From Octopus vulgaris (Eukaryota): a stretch of DNA of 64,000 bases. A model generated the notes under the pieces. It saw only the letters and a program-made list of their open reading frames with translations, searched no databases and was not told the origin of the DNA. Of this stretch, positions 13,085 through 26,018 are shown in pieces. A program made the translations under genes and the position numbers. How positions within the stretch are numbered: position 1 is the stretch's first letter; each line of letters starts with the position of its first letter. Where the stretch lies: contig OX597822.1 of the NCBI GenBank assembly GCA_951406725.2, positions 97,526,001 through 97,590,000 of the forward strand. Direction: 5' to 3'.

Positions 13085-13367
13085 TAAAATATAAATTAGA
13101 GATAAAACCACTATTATGCCAACTCAAACAGTGATAGATATAAACCAAAACATAAATAACAAATAAAATATATTTTTATAAAACATATAACTGGATCTCT
13201 CAAAAAGTATAAAAATGAATGATCAATATATAATAAGTAAAATTTTTATACTTTTTGAGATCTAGTTATATGTTTTATAAAAATATATATTATTTATTTA
13301 TGTTTTGGTTTATGTCTATCACTGTTTGTGTTGCATAATAGTGGTTTTATCTCTAATTTATATTTTA
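13085..13367. repeat. Long AT-rich inverted repeat (~130-bp arms)
   Basis: attagagataaaaccactattatg... / ...cataatagtggttttatctctaat. Confidence 0.85.
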
Positions 13368-13389
13368 TATATATATATATATGTTGAAA

Positions 13390-13965
13390 CTGAAATCAAA
13401 ATCAAAGTGAAATTTGATGACGGGCAAGAGCACCATACGAGCGTGATCGTTGCCAGCCTCGCCTTACTGGCACTTGTGCCCCGTGCTAGTAGGGTGCTAA
13501 GAGCACCATCTGAGCATGATTGTTGTCAGAGCGGCTAACTGGCTTCTGTGCCTGTGGTATGTAGGAGGCACCATTTGAGTGGGATCGTTACTAGCATCGC
13601 CTTACTGGCACCTGTACTGTTGGCATGTGTAAAAAGATTTGAGTGAGGTCATTGCCAGTACCGCCTGTCTGGCTCAAAAAATTCGAGCGAGGTTGTTGCC
13701 AGTACTGCCTGACTGGCCCATGTGTAAAAATTCGAGTGAGGTCATTGCTAGTACCGCCTGACTGCCCCCCGTGCCTGTGGAACGTAAAAGCATCCACTAC
13801 ACTCTCGGAGTGGTTGGCGTTAGGAAGGGCATCCAGCTGTAGAAACTCTGCCAGATCAAGACTGGAGCTTGTTGCAGCCATCTGGTTCGCCAGCCCACAG
13901 TCAAACTGTCCAGCCCATGCTAGCATGGAAAGTGGACGTTAAACGATGATGATGATGCTGATGAT
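13390..13965 (+). mobile_element. RTE 3'-UTR copy
   Basis: ggcgttaggaagggcatccagctgtagaaac..ccatgctagcatgga..gttaaac(gat)n. Confidence 0.8.
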
Positions 13966-14076
13966 ATATATATCATATGATCATGTGATAAACCAGACTA
14001 GTGGGTGTTATTTAACATCATTGGTCACAGTGTGCTTTTATATTGCTTTAGCTTTCGAGTGATGCCACCCTGCTGG

Positions 14077-15560
14077 CTAGATGAGTAGGTATATGTGAAA
14101 TTTAGGAGTTTTGCCTCTAGTGCAAGAATCTATGTGGTTACTTAGTGGAATTTGATGGTCTTTATGGACCGCTACACTTCTACGTAAAGGAAGGCTCGTT
14201 TGTCCAACATAATTGTGTTGGCAACCAGCGCATGTGAGAACGTAGATGAGGTTCTCAGAGGAACAGGAGAAGTTAGTCTTGATTTTAAACTTTGTTCCTT
14301 GTTTGAAAGTAAATTCAGAGCCTTCAAGTAGGAAGGGGCAGGTACCACAGTTAGGGCATGCACATTTTTTAACTGATGGGGGTGGATGTGGTGTGTGAAG
14401 TTTGGCATTTGTCAAGAGTTTTTTTCAAATATTTATGTTGCCTTTTGCATTTAAGGATTTTATGTGTATTGATAATATTATTCACTTTTGGGTCTGTGGA
14501 CAGTAAAGGGAGGTTTTGTATGATTGCGGTGTATGCTTCGATAATTTTGGGGTTGTAGGTGGAAATGTATGGAAGTATTTTGGGGTTGTGTGTGTTACTG
14601 TGTTGGGTGGTTTTCAGTGTATTATTGTCTAGTTCTTTGGCATGTTTTATTCCATACTCTATGAGTGTGGAGGGATATTGGCGTTGTAATAGTGTTTTTT
14701 TTTGAGGTCTTGAAGGCATATTTCTCGAGTTTTTTGATCTGAGACAATGGTGCATACCCTTTTAACTAAGTTGAAAGGGATATTTATCTTGGTGTGTTTT
14801 GGGTGGCATGAGCTGAAGAGGAGGTATTGTGAGTTTGTAGGTTTGTGGTAGATGTCTGTTATGATTTGGTTGTTAGGTGTTTTTATAATTAGGAGATCAA
14901 GGAAAGGGAGATAATGTTTGCTGAATTCCATAGTGAATTGAATGTTTGGATGTATGTTGTTCAGTGTGGTTTTGAATTCCAGAAGCTTTTCATAAAATTC
15001 TTTCCATATGATGAAACAATCATCTAAGTATCTTTTCCAGTTTTCCATTAAGTAGATGTGGAAAAAGTATCCAAATTTCTGGCATGATATCTCATAGAGT
15101 GATAGTTCGAAGAAACCCATTATGAGGTTCGCAAGGACTGGTGCAGCCTTGGTACCCATCGCAATACCACATTTTTGATGGTAGTGTGTGTTTTCGAAGA
15201 GGAAATAATTGAGTGATTCCGTAATGAACTTGAGTGATTCCATAATGGAGGTCTTGTGAATGCGGTCAAGGAATGCCTCTGGGTGTTTCTCTAGCCAGAA
15301 ATCAATTGCCTCAATACCATATTCATGTGGGATGTTGGTGTAGAGGTTGATGACATCAAAGGACACCAAGAATGCTTCCTCGTTATTTGTTTTCAGGAGG
15401 TGCTTGAGCATATCAAGATAATCTCTAATGAAACTTTTGATGTGAGTAAAGAAGGTTTCAAAAGGTTGTCCAGGAAATTACTCAAGCGGTGTGTTTCGCA
15501 GGAGGTGCCAGCCATGATGGGCCTTAGTTTTAGGTCCTCCAGTGCTTTGATGTTGATGAG
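14077..15560 (-). mobile_element. Penelope-like retroelement, RT plus GIY-YIG endonuclease, frameshifted
   Basis: LVSFDVINLYTNIP, GIAMGTKAAP, WKRYLDDCF, LPFLDL; CSSENLIYVLTCAGCQHNYVGQT. Confidence 0.92.
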
Positions 15561-15877
15561 TGTATGTATAAATATATGTCTGCATATATATTTTTTTTTT
15601 TTTTTTTTTTTTTGTACTTGTTTCAGTCATTTGACTGCGGCCATGCTGGAGCACCGCCTTTAGAGTGGTGAAAGAGTACAGCAGGGATCACCACCTCCTG
15701 CCGGAGCCTCGTGGAGCTTTTAGGTGTTTTTTCGCTCAATAAACACGCACAACGCCCGGTCTGGGAATCGAAACCGCGATCCTCCGACCGCAAGTCCGCT
15801 GCCCTAACCACTAGGCCATTGCGCCTCCATATATATATGTATGTATAAATATATGTATGTATGTATAAATATATGTA

Positions 15878-15932
<55 letters not shown>

Positions 15933-16233
15933 ATGTATAAATATATGTATATATATATATATGTATGTATGTATCTATGTATAAATATATGTATATATAT
16001 ATATATGTATGTATGTATCTATGTATAAATATATGTATACATATATATATATATATGTATGTATCTATGTATAAATATATGTATACATATATATATATAT
16101 ATATGTATGTATCTATGTATAAATATATGTATACATATATATATATATATATATATATGTATCTATGTACAAATATATGTATGCATATATATATATATAT
16201 ATATATAAATATATGTATGCATATCTGTATGTG

Positions 16234-16286
<53 letters not shown>

Positions 16287-16325
16287 TTAAAAAAGGAGAT
16301 GTGGAACACGAGTTGTGATATATAA

Positions 16326-16559
16326 AAGGAAATGAAGAAAATACTGACAAAATAATTTAAGTAATTTAAGTAATTTAATTAGGTGAAGTTCTTTTTACCG
16401 GTTGCGCATTTGTTATGCTTATCAAAAGTTTTTTCCTCTTATCTGATAAGAGGAAAAAACTTTTGATAAGCATAACAAATGCGCAACTGGTAAAAAGAAC
16501 TTTCACCTAATTAAATTACTTAAATTACTTAGATTATTTTGTCAATATTTTCTTCATTT

Positions 16560-16563
<4 letters not shown>
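16326..16563. repeat. Near-perfect palindrome (~118-bp arms)
   Basis: Arms meet at cctcttatc-t-gataagagg. Confidence 0.9.
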
Positions 16564-16597
<34 letters not shown>

Positions 16598-17260
16598 TGC
16601 TTGACAAAAAGTTACTAATCGAATAAGCTCCCAACTTAAAATAAGTACTGCGGTTGATTTGTTTGACTGATCCCTATTATGTTCACAGTGCTATGACTGA
16701 AATCATTAACGTCTTAACAACGTACGTGTTCCTATGTGGAATCTCGAACTCTGCAATAAATCTTTCACATTCTAAAGAAATTAATTTATTTTGCAAGTAA
16801 TTCTGTGTTATTTTACAATAATAGCAGAAGTGGCTGGAGATAAGGGTGGTAATGAGATAAAAAGTAGGCGATTAGTTGCAGTTGATGGGAGGGAGAGAGA
16901 GAGAGAGTGAGTGATGGCTGGCAGTAGAATTGGGCAAAGTTAAAGTGTATTGTGCAGTAAAAAGAGGGTAATCTGATACAGTCTCTTATATAAAGCCCTC
17001 GTATACAGAGTGAAGGAGTCAGTAAGAAGGATGATGCAGTAAAACACATGGTGTGGAAATGATGAGAGATGGAATTGTATGAGTGATAAAAGGGTGGGAG
17101 AATTGGAGTGGGTGAGTAACGGGTAGATGAGAGAAGAGGGGTATGTCAAGGATGCAAGGTGAAAGGGCAACAAATGTAGGTTTGACGAGTTAACATGTAT
17201 CTTATCTTCTAAAGCCTACCCTTATAGCAAGATGCATTTTGTATTCGAATGCATGCATGA

Positions 17261-17304
<44 letters not shown>

Positions 17305-17472
17305 TTATTGAAATGGATAAATGAATTATCTTGTTACGGATTATTCAAAATTTAACCGATACCTGGGCAGCAAAAATCACAACAGAAAAAACACGGTTGA
17401 GGTTATGACCATGGGGTGTCGCAACCGTGCCTTAGCGCGGATACTTGAAGTTTTATATATATATATATATAT

Positions 17473-17777
17473 GTGGAGGCGCAATGGCCTAGTGGTTAGG
17501 GCAGCGGACTCGCGGTCGTAGGATCGCAGTTTCAATTCCCAGATCGGGCGTTGTGAGTGTTTATTGAGCGAAAACACCTAAAAGCTCCACGAGGCTCCGG
17601 CAGGGGGTGGTGATCCCTGCTGTACTCTTTCACCACTCTTTCTCCCACTCTTTCTTCTGTTGGCCTGCTCGCTTAGCCAGCGGGGTGGCGTCATTCGAAG
17701 GCTAAAACAATGCGAACGCATTGTGACCAGCGATGTGTAACTACATCTGATGGACTGGTCGGTCACGTGATCACATG

Positions 17778-17778
<1 letters not shown>
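17473..17778 (+). mobile_element. SINE family C (tRNA-derived head)
   Basis: GGAGGCGCAATGGCCTAGTGGTTAGGGC..GTTTCAATTCC; copies at 1043-1353(-) and 15662-15828(-). Confidence 0.85.
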
Positions 17779-17809
<31 letters not shown>

Positions 17810-19057
17810 TTGGGATTTGGTTTGCTAGATTCTTTATGTGAGTTCATGTGTTGAAGCATATTCTGTTGTGTCTGGCAACCTTTGCATCTTGCAACCTTTT
17901 CAATAGTCAAAACTATTGAAAAGGTTGCAAGACGCAATGAAAATTTTTGAAAAATAAAAAAGAAATAAGCAGAAATTTTACCGGTGAATGTGTTAAATTA
18001 TAAAGCACTAAAAGCGAATGACTCTCCCCAGACACAACAGTATACATATATATATATTCTTTTATTCTTTTATGTGTTACAGTCATTGGACTGTGGCCTT
18101 GATAGTGCACCGCCTTTTATATATTCTTTGTGTATTGAGGCTACCATTGGTTTCATCTTTAGGAAGGCCTAAACAATTTTCAAGACTATCGCATGCAACA
18201 TAGGTGTTCATCTCCATTTTAGATTAAATGTGGTTTTGAGCCTCATTCTCATTGATATTTATGTGTGTGTGAATATGTTTGTTTGCTTTTATATCAAGTT
18301 ATGTATAAAAGCAATTTTAACATTAAAATGAAGGATTACTCAATACCTTTTAATAGAACACTGCCCGATGAAGACAAGAAAGCCAAAACTTTGAAGTCAC
18401 TGTCAACCTTTACCTTGTAAAAGTGAATATATATATGTAGTGGTTAAGTGTGTATCAATGAACATAGATGCAAATGGAATGTGTATGTAAACAACTATGT
18501 AAACCGATCCATAATTGAAAACAATTTATTTACAGGGTTTGATTCGTTATAATTACACTACATACAAAATGTTGGCAACTGCCACGAGTTGCTAGAAATA
18601 CAGAGTACATTCGTGGTGTCATATCAGGAATGAATATGTTTGTGTGTGCGTGGTTCATTTGAGACAGTAGTCTATCAGCACTTCGAACATTTCTCTCGGT
18701 GTCTGCGGTCTGCCAAAACCTTGGGTCGTATCGTAGATCTTTTCTCGTCTGTCTGCCCCGTTTGTCTGTCTACCCCGTTTGTCTGTCTGCCTTTCTTGAT
18801 TCACCACTGTATTTATAATAAAACGTGGAAGCTAGAAAAACAGACATACTGCAACAGAGTTTGTACCTAAACAGGTCAGCCCCTGTCCACTTAAACTTCG
18901 CCTGACATGCTGAGGTCGCAGGTCAAAGGGAGATAATCAATCAGTTTTTGACAGGACAAAGAAAACCACGCCTGTTGATCGTTGTGGTTTGGACGACCGA
19001 GAATTCTTGGATTTGGTTTTGAGTCTAGGCTTGGAGAAGGAAGTGTTAATTCTTACA

Positions 19058-19456
19058 GAGTGGCTGTGTGGTAAGTAGCTTGCTTACCAACCACATAGTT
19101 CCGGGTTCAGTCCCACTGCGTGGCATCTTGGGCAAGTGTCTTCTGCTATAGCCCCGGGCCGACCAATGCCTTGTGAGTGGATTTGGTAGACGGAAACTGA
19201 AAGAAGCCTGTCGTATATATGTATATATATGTATATATGTGTGTGTTTGTGTGTCTGTGTTTGTCCCCCTAGCATTGCTTGACAACCAATGCTGGTGTGT
19301 TTATGTCCCCGTCACTTAGCGGTTTGGCAAAAGAGACCGATAGAATAAGTACTGGGCTTACAAAGAATAAGTCCCGGGGTCGATTTGATCGACTAAAGGC
19401 GGTGCTCCAGCATGGCCACAGTCAAATGACTGAATCAAGTAAAAGAGTAAAAGAGT
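19058..19456 (+). mobile_element. SINE family B
   Basis: Homologous to 4935-5337. Confidence 0.85.
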
Positions 19457-19793
19457 AATCATTGTCACCTTTTAGTTTGCTTTTCCATATTGGCATGGTT
19501 TGTGGGTGTATGGGGGACTTCCTGATGCCAACCTGTATGACAGGCAAATATGTAATTTACATATTTTAAAAAGTAGAATATATGATATATGTATAGTAAA
19601 CAGTGTGTTTATGTATGTATGCCATTATTCTATTTTATTTCAAGATTTCTTGCAAATAGAAAAAGATCCAGTTTCTAACCTTGATCCAAAGTGCCTTCAT
19701 TAGAATTTCAAAAATATCAACAGGGTATTTTCATTTGTTTGTTTGTTTGTGTGTGTGTGTGTACAGATTCATATGTTTTGTTTTATGTCTGTA

Positions 19794-20167
19794 CTAGCAG
19801 TATCGCCCAGCGTTGCTCAGGTTTGTAAGGGAAATAACTATAAAGCATTTTTAGAGAGTTATAGCCAAAAAATAACAAAAAAATGGAAAAAAAATTATGG
19901 TAAATTTTTTTTGAGAGTTAAAAAAGGTCGAGTTGCGTCCCCTAGACAGTCTGTGGTTTGTGTTTCTGATTCTCGACCCCATGTCGAATTTATCGATTTT
20001 TTTTCAGAACTGGGGGAACTTTTCAAAATTTTCGCTGCGTTAGTTTTGAATTATGACATTGGGCTATGTGTGTGTCAAGTTTCATCAGAATCGGTTGAAA
20101 GCCGTGGTCAGGGTGAGGGTACAACCAAACAGACACACAGACAAACTGCCGTTTATATATAGAGAGA
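19794..20167 (-). mobile_element. Non-autonomous Helitron (~375 bp)
   Basis: Minus strand 5' TC(TCTCTATATATAAACGGC), 3' hairpin plus CTAG; inserted between A and T with no TSD. Confidence 0.9.
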
Positions 20168-20211
20168 TTATCATGCATATCGTTGCATACCTAGACATGC
20201 TCATTATTACT

Positions 20212-20433
20212 TAAACGATAAACGTCTGGAAAGTTTTACAGATTTTTAGTTCCAGTGATGGACTGGGTCTATAGAATCGGCTTTCTCCTTTCTGTTTTTT
20301 TTTAGAAGCCTAATTTTCTCAAGACTGGTATTTAAGCAGTGTGTTACATATATCCCAGTACCCCAATAATTACAGGTATAAACCTGAACTTGCAATCAGG
20401 ATGGAGTGACTGCAGATCTCTCAGTAGTTCAGT
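20212..20433 (-). mobile_element. RLE-type (R2/R4/NeSL-like) non-LTR retrotransposon C-terminal fragment
   Basis: [29 protein letters not shown], typical of the end of a restriction-like endonuclease. Confidence 0.65.
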
Positions 20434-20476
20434 GTATGTATGTATGTATGTATGTATGTTTGTGTCTGTGTGTATC

Positions 20477-20513
<37 letters not shown>

Positions 20514-20532
20514 ATGTTTGTGTCTGTGTGTA

Positions 20533-20582
<50 letters not shown>

Positions 20583-20763
20583 AGGGTGTATGTATGCTGT
20601 TACGTATGCATGCAGATGAAAAATATAACCTGGACAAATAGATAGATACTGATATATGTTGAGCGATTAATTTTGTTTCCTTTGCAATCCCTACATGCCC
20701 TTTCACTTTACTCCCTAATTTACTTGAATTTTGGATTTCACCCAATCATAATAATAATAATAG

Positions 20764-21310
20764 TCAGAAATATTAAATTTCTAAATATCTCATAGAGATA
20801 TGTATGGTGGTGGGGCGATAGAATGGTTGTATACTGTCAATTTAACGTGACAGTAGGGGATTACACCACCGCTGTTTAGCCCTAGGAAGCATCGACGCTT
20901 CCTGATGGCTTCGACACATACTGTCACGTTAAATTGACAGTATACAACCATTCTATCGCCCCACCACCGTACATATCTCTATGAGATATTTAGAAATTTA
21001 ATATTTCTGATTTTGGTAATCAGTGAATAAACTTCACTGAAAATTAGATATATATTTATGAAGTCGGGACAGATATCTGTGGCTGGCGGGCTTCTGCTAC
21101 TCTAGACCGATGATGGACAAAGATCCTGAAACATGCGTGTCTCTAGATGCAGACCTGGCTGCTGGGGGTGTTTGTCTCCCCTTCGTAAATATATAAGGAC
21201 ACAGGAAAAAAATGTGTCGAAGCCATCAGAAAGTGTCGATGCTTCCTAGGGCTAAACAGTGGTGGTGTAATCCCCTACTGTCACGTTAAATTGACAGTAT
21301 ACAACCATTC

Positions 21311-21313
<3 letters not shown>
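20764..21313 (+). mobile_element. Retrozyme/Penelope-pLTR-like element: 357-bp monomer with terminal direct repeat and upstream inverted segment
   Basis: actgtcacg..ttctat at 20920 recurs at 21277; 20764-20919 is the reverse complement of the monomer end joined to the monomer start; flanked by (AAT)n. Confidence 0.75.
21101..21147 (+). ncRNA. Type I hammerhead motif, U4C variant
   Basis: TCTAGA-CCGATGA-T-GGA-caaaga-TCC-T-GAAA-CAT-gc-GTG-TC-TCTAGA. Confidence 0.68.
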
Positions 21314-21360
<47 letters not shown>

Positions 21361-21950
21361 TAGTAATGATAATAATATGTACACACACACACACACACAT
21401 GTACATTGATTTGTTGGTTTAGGCATAGTGATATTAATAACCTGTTGTTATAACTCAGTATACATATGCTTCAAAGAAAAGTGTTAGTCAAATATAGAGT
21501 ATAATAAGAAATTACATAAATGACAAGGAAACAAGAAATAATGAAAGGAACTTCATTAGCTTACAGCTGTTTCTGCTATAAGATGCAAAGCGCTAATTGT
21601 TGAGTACTTGTGTATCACCTTAAAGCAAAAGCAGTTGTAAGGCTAATGAAGTTCATTACATAATTTCTTGTTCTGTTGTTAGTTATACAATCCCTTATAC
21701 ATACAAACCAACATAAATTTATTGTGTGTGTGTGTGTGTGTGTGTGTATGCAGGTATGTGTCTGTGCATGAATGTTTCCAAAAACTATACAGAGCTATAG
21801 CTATGCCATCACCATTTATGGTTGTTCTGTAACTGGTGCATTTGTTGGCATTTCCTATTAACAAATCATCTTCAAGCTCTGTGCTTTCAAATTCCTCAAC
21901 TTCCTTTTACCGTTTCCAGCCTTACTAACCATGGAAATATACATATTTAA

Positions 21951-22171
21951 CCCTTTCGTTACTGTATTTATTTTGAGATGCTCTGTGTTTCTCTCAATTA
22001 TTTTAGATATAACAAAGAATTTAGTAAAATAACTTAGTTATCATTTAGCTAGTGTTAGGAACATAAATTGTGACTAAGGTTTGGTGGAAAATTTCAATTC
22101 AAAACTTATTCAAACAAGACATTTGTACTACACAGCCAGAGCCGGTTTCAGCCAGGTTAGTAATGAAAGGG
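21951..22171. mobile_element. piggyBac-type MITE, family 2 (221 bp)
   Basis: TTAA|CCCTTTCGTTAC...GTAATGAAAGGG|TTAA. Confidence 0.85.
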
Positions 22172-22520
22172 TTAATGAAAATAAAGCATACAAAATGACT
22201 CATGTTCTATTTTAAGTTCATTATGATTGAATCTAAATTAATGTAATTCATAAATAAATTTCATTTTTACTTAATTTCCTTTATTTTTGTTATGATAATT
22301 GATAAAATCAAATTCATAAATGTAAGAATTAATTTGTATTCTGTTTAAATTAAACATTGTTCAATTATTTTTGTACCATGTGATTGCTCTTAGTTTAGCT
22401 ATGCTCTTCCCACATCAGCACAATTATCTTCCAACTCATGCCCTCCTCCTCTTTCTTTACCACTACTACAATCGACACTGGATTTATCGATACTACATCA
22501 CTGTTCTCTAAACCAATTAA

Positions 22521-22740
22521 CCCTTTAGCATTCAAACCGGCCATATCTGGCCAAAATATTTAACCTGTTATATATTGAAACTGACCAGATCTCACCTTTC
22601 ATCTCAGCCCTACCATGTCATTCTAAAACTAAAAAATCACATCACCGAAATCTCTAAACTACAAGATAATGCATGATTAATTCAAACCATTTTAAATAAA
22701 CAAACATCACATTTGACAGAATAATCTGAACACTAAAGGG
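22521..22740. mobile_element. piggyBac-type MITE, family 1 (220 bp)
   Basis: TTAA|CCCTTTAG...CTAAAGGG|TTAA. Confidence 0.85.
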
Positions 22741-23295
22741 TTAAATCTACTTAAGTCTCTTTCTGCCTTCACTCCACCATTGTTTCACTCATCTTCCCCC
22801 CCCCACACACATACTGCTTCTATACTCAACTCTTAACCTTATCCATTTTTACCTGAACTAGAATTACAACACAAACCTTACTCGTGTTTCATCCAATTAT
22901 TTATTTAGTAATTAGTAATTATTTAACTTAAATATTAATTCAGCTCTTTCCCATGGCCATCCCAGTCTTTCATTCTAGAAGATTCTAAGAAGACTGGAAA
23001 TCTATAGCCTTTCCTCATTTGATTAATGAATGGAATGAGAGGATGAGAGGCAAAGTCGACTTCGGTAGAATTTGAACTCAGAACATAGTGACGGGTAAAA
23101 TGCCTCTAAGCATTTTGTCCAGCATGCTAATGATTCTGCCAGCTCACCGCTTTCATATAATAATAATAATAACTTGGAACTGCATGTGTATTGCATAAGT
23201 TACTCTCTGCCTGATGTCCTTGTGACTTGACAGACAGTACAAACCCCGGCAGATATAATATCGTCAGTCAACAGCATCATGATATTGGATATAAC

Positions 23296-23705
23296 AGGCG
23301 CACGAGTGGCTGTGTGGTAAGTAGCTTGTTTACCAACCACATGGTTCTGGGTTCAGTCCCACTGCGTGGTACCTTGGGCAAGTGTCTTCTACTATAGCCT
23401 CGGGCCGACCAAAGCCTTGTGAGTGGATTTTGTAGACGGAAACTGAAAGAAGCCCGTCGTATATATGTATATATATATATGTATGTGCGTGTATGTTTGT
23501 GTGTCTGTGTTTGTCCCCCTTGCATTGCTTGACAACCGATGCTGGTGTGTTTATGTCCCCGTCACTTAGCGGTTCGGCAAAAGAGACCGATAGAATAAGT
23601 ACTGGGCTTACAAAGAATAAGTCCCGGGGTCGAGTTGCTCAATTAAAGGCAGTGCTCCAGCATGGCCGCAGTCAAATGACTGAAACAAGTAAAAAAAAAA
23701 AAGAG
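23296..23705 (+). mobile_element. SINE family B
   Basis: Homologous to 4935-5337. Confidence 0.85.
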
Positions 23706-23709
23706 AAAG

Positions 23710-24330
23710 TGCTCAGGTGCACCACAACTTGTCAAAAGTGCGTATAAAGCATATGCAGTAACGTACAAATGTCTGGGAAGTGAACAGTGTATGAGTCAGA
23801 TACATGCTTGCATGTGTATGGAGTGGGGAAAATCAGGTGTAGTGTTGGCAAATCTCAGGAAGCATGGAAGTTTTGAAGGATGTAGTGCTCCGACAACTAA
23901 CAACTAATGCCGGCAGTCTGTTCCATGTTTCAGCAACTCTTAGCGTGAAAAAAATGTTTCCAAAAGTCATGGGAGCTGTGCTGTTTTCTGACTTTGTAAA
24001 CATGTCCACGGGTGTTAGACAGGTGGCGTTTGAAAAGGTGCTCAGAGTTATTGTTTGTAAGATGGTTAATAATTTTATGGGTGTCTGCCAAGTCAGCCGT
24101 CAGACGTCGGAGTTTCAATGTGTCCATGCCCAGGGAGGTAAGGTGTTCAGAATATGGCAAATGCCTGATGGAGGGTATTCTCTTGGTTGCATGTCGCTGA
24201 ACGGCTTCCAGACGATTAATATTCTGGGCAAGATAGGGGTTCCAGACCGGTGATGCAAATTCCAGGTGAGGTCATACCATAGCTATATAAAGCCGCAGAT
24301 AGATAGCTGGAGAGCGGCTCACAAAGGATA
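23710..24330 (-). mobile_element. CR1-clade LINE 3' fragment
   Basis: PHLEFASPVWNPY..LEAVQRHATKRI..LPYSEHLTSLGMDTLKLRR..DL..TRGH. Confidence 0.85.
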
Positions 24331-25183
24331 TTGTGTGACATCTTAAATGATGATAATAATAATAATAATAATAATAATTTTGCTCTAGGTATTGAGAAGA
24401 CACTCAGTAAAAAATTGAAACAGAATTGAAAGAAGTAGGAAAACTAATAATAATGCAATTTATAATTTTCAGTGGGTTGCTATTAATGAATTGAGTCCTA
24501 AGCTGTTGATGACCAACTATGTACATAAAGACACACACACAAGAATGTTACTTCATCAGAGCAATGGAAACGATCCAATCATCCATAATTTTCAAGGCTC
24601 CTGTGTCTAACCTTGCCATCCACCTGAGCTGCTGTGTAAAATCGTAAATAGTTGCATAAATAACTCAAAAGAAATGATTGTGGGCAAACTAAAAAAATGG
24701 GCAGAATCACAAAAAATAAAATTAAAAAAAGAGAATTCAGGAGAATAACAATAATAGGGCCTTTCTCTCAACTACCACAATCACTACTGTCCTCTTCACT
24801 TTCACCAGTTTGATTGTCTGAATCCTTTGCATTGCTGGCATAAGTGTAAACACTTCTGAAGAATATATATCATTAATAATGTCTTCAACTGCAAAGAGTC
24901 TAGGCCTTGCTCATTTACAAGATGAAGTATTGAGTTCATCACAGGCTTGTTTCATTGCAGAATTGGGTTTGTTTTTTTTTTCCGATTAAAAACAAAAGTA
25001 AGCAACAGCTATGGGGTTCACTATTAACAGTGAGTCATAAACCCTCTTGACTACAAAGTTGTCTTCTTTTTCTACATGTGTTGCTCACTCTCACTTTACT
25101 GAGAATTTGCCTATTCCTGCTTTAGTGGGAACAGTGTGACAGGGTTAGGGATGACTGATGAAATGCATGATGACTTTGTTTAA

Positions 25184-25404
25184 CCCTTTAGTGTTCGCAT
25201 TATTCTGCCAAAATTAATGCTATTTTATCCAAATTGTTTTGAACTAATCATGCATTATCTTGTAGCTATGAGATTTTGATGAGGTAGCTGTTAATTTTTA
25301 AAACAATATTGTAGGGTTGGTGTGAGAGACCAGATCTGGCCAGTTTGGACATAAAACAGGCAGAATACTTTTGGCCAGATATGGCCGGTTTAAATGCTAA
25401 AGGG
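25184..25404. mobile_element. piggyBac-type MITE, family 1, opposite orientation (221 bp)
   Basis: Reverse complement of 11790-12010; TTAA TSD. Confidence 0.85.
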
Positions 25405-26018
25405 TTAAGGTGAAGAAGAGTTGCACACCATCAACCTCACTCACTCATCCATGACCATCTTCAATCAAGTGGTAAGGCCAGGCCAGGTCAAGACAATTAG
25501 AGATGGAGACTGATGCAGTGGATGACCAAGATGTCTTACTTGCCTCATCTTTCACTTTGCACTCTACAATGCGTTGCTGTAGTTATGTTCTCCTCTGTTG
25601 AACCATGAAAGATGCTTGCGCAGAGGCTGTTGGATCCAATCTTCACATGCCTAGGTAGGCAAGCTCTAATATGCTAATTAAGCCTTAGATGGGACCCTGA
25701 AAGGTGCTACTAGACTGGGTTAGACTAGGCCTGGGAACAATAGTGGCTAAGAGGTGGTTCAACACTTCCCATAACCCTGGAAATCCTGTGCCCCATTACA
25801 GGGTAAAGTTTAAAGACTAGAACATTTCGTCTGCCGTTACGTTCTGAGTTCAAATTCCGCCGAGGTCGACTTTGCCTTTCATCCTTTTGGGGTCGATAAA
25901 TAAAGTACCAGTTACGCACTGGGGTTGATGTAATCGACCTAATCCCTTTGTCTGTCTTTGTTTGTCCCCTCTATGTTTAGCCCCTTGTGGGCAATAAAGA
26001 AATATTTATATATATATA

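Noticed and set aside
17473-17550. tRNA-like sequences (also 49057, 4935, 12337)
   Set aside because: A/B boxes are present, but they continue into SINE bodies and lack a proper cloverleaf.
25141-25150. TTAGGG telomere-like motif
   Set aside because: Fewer than two full units; chance occurrence.
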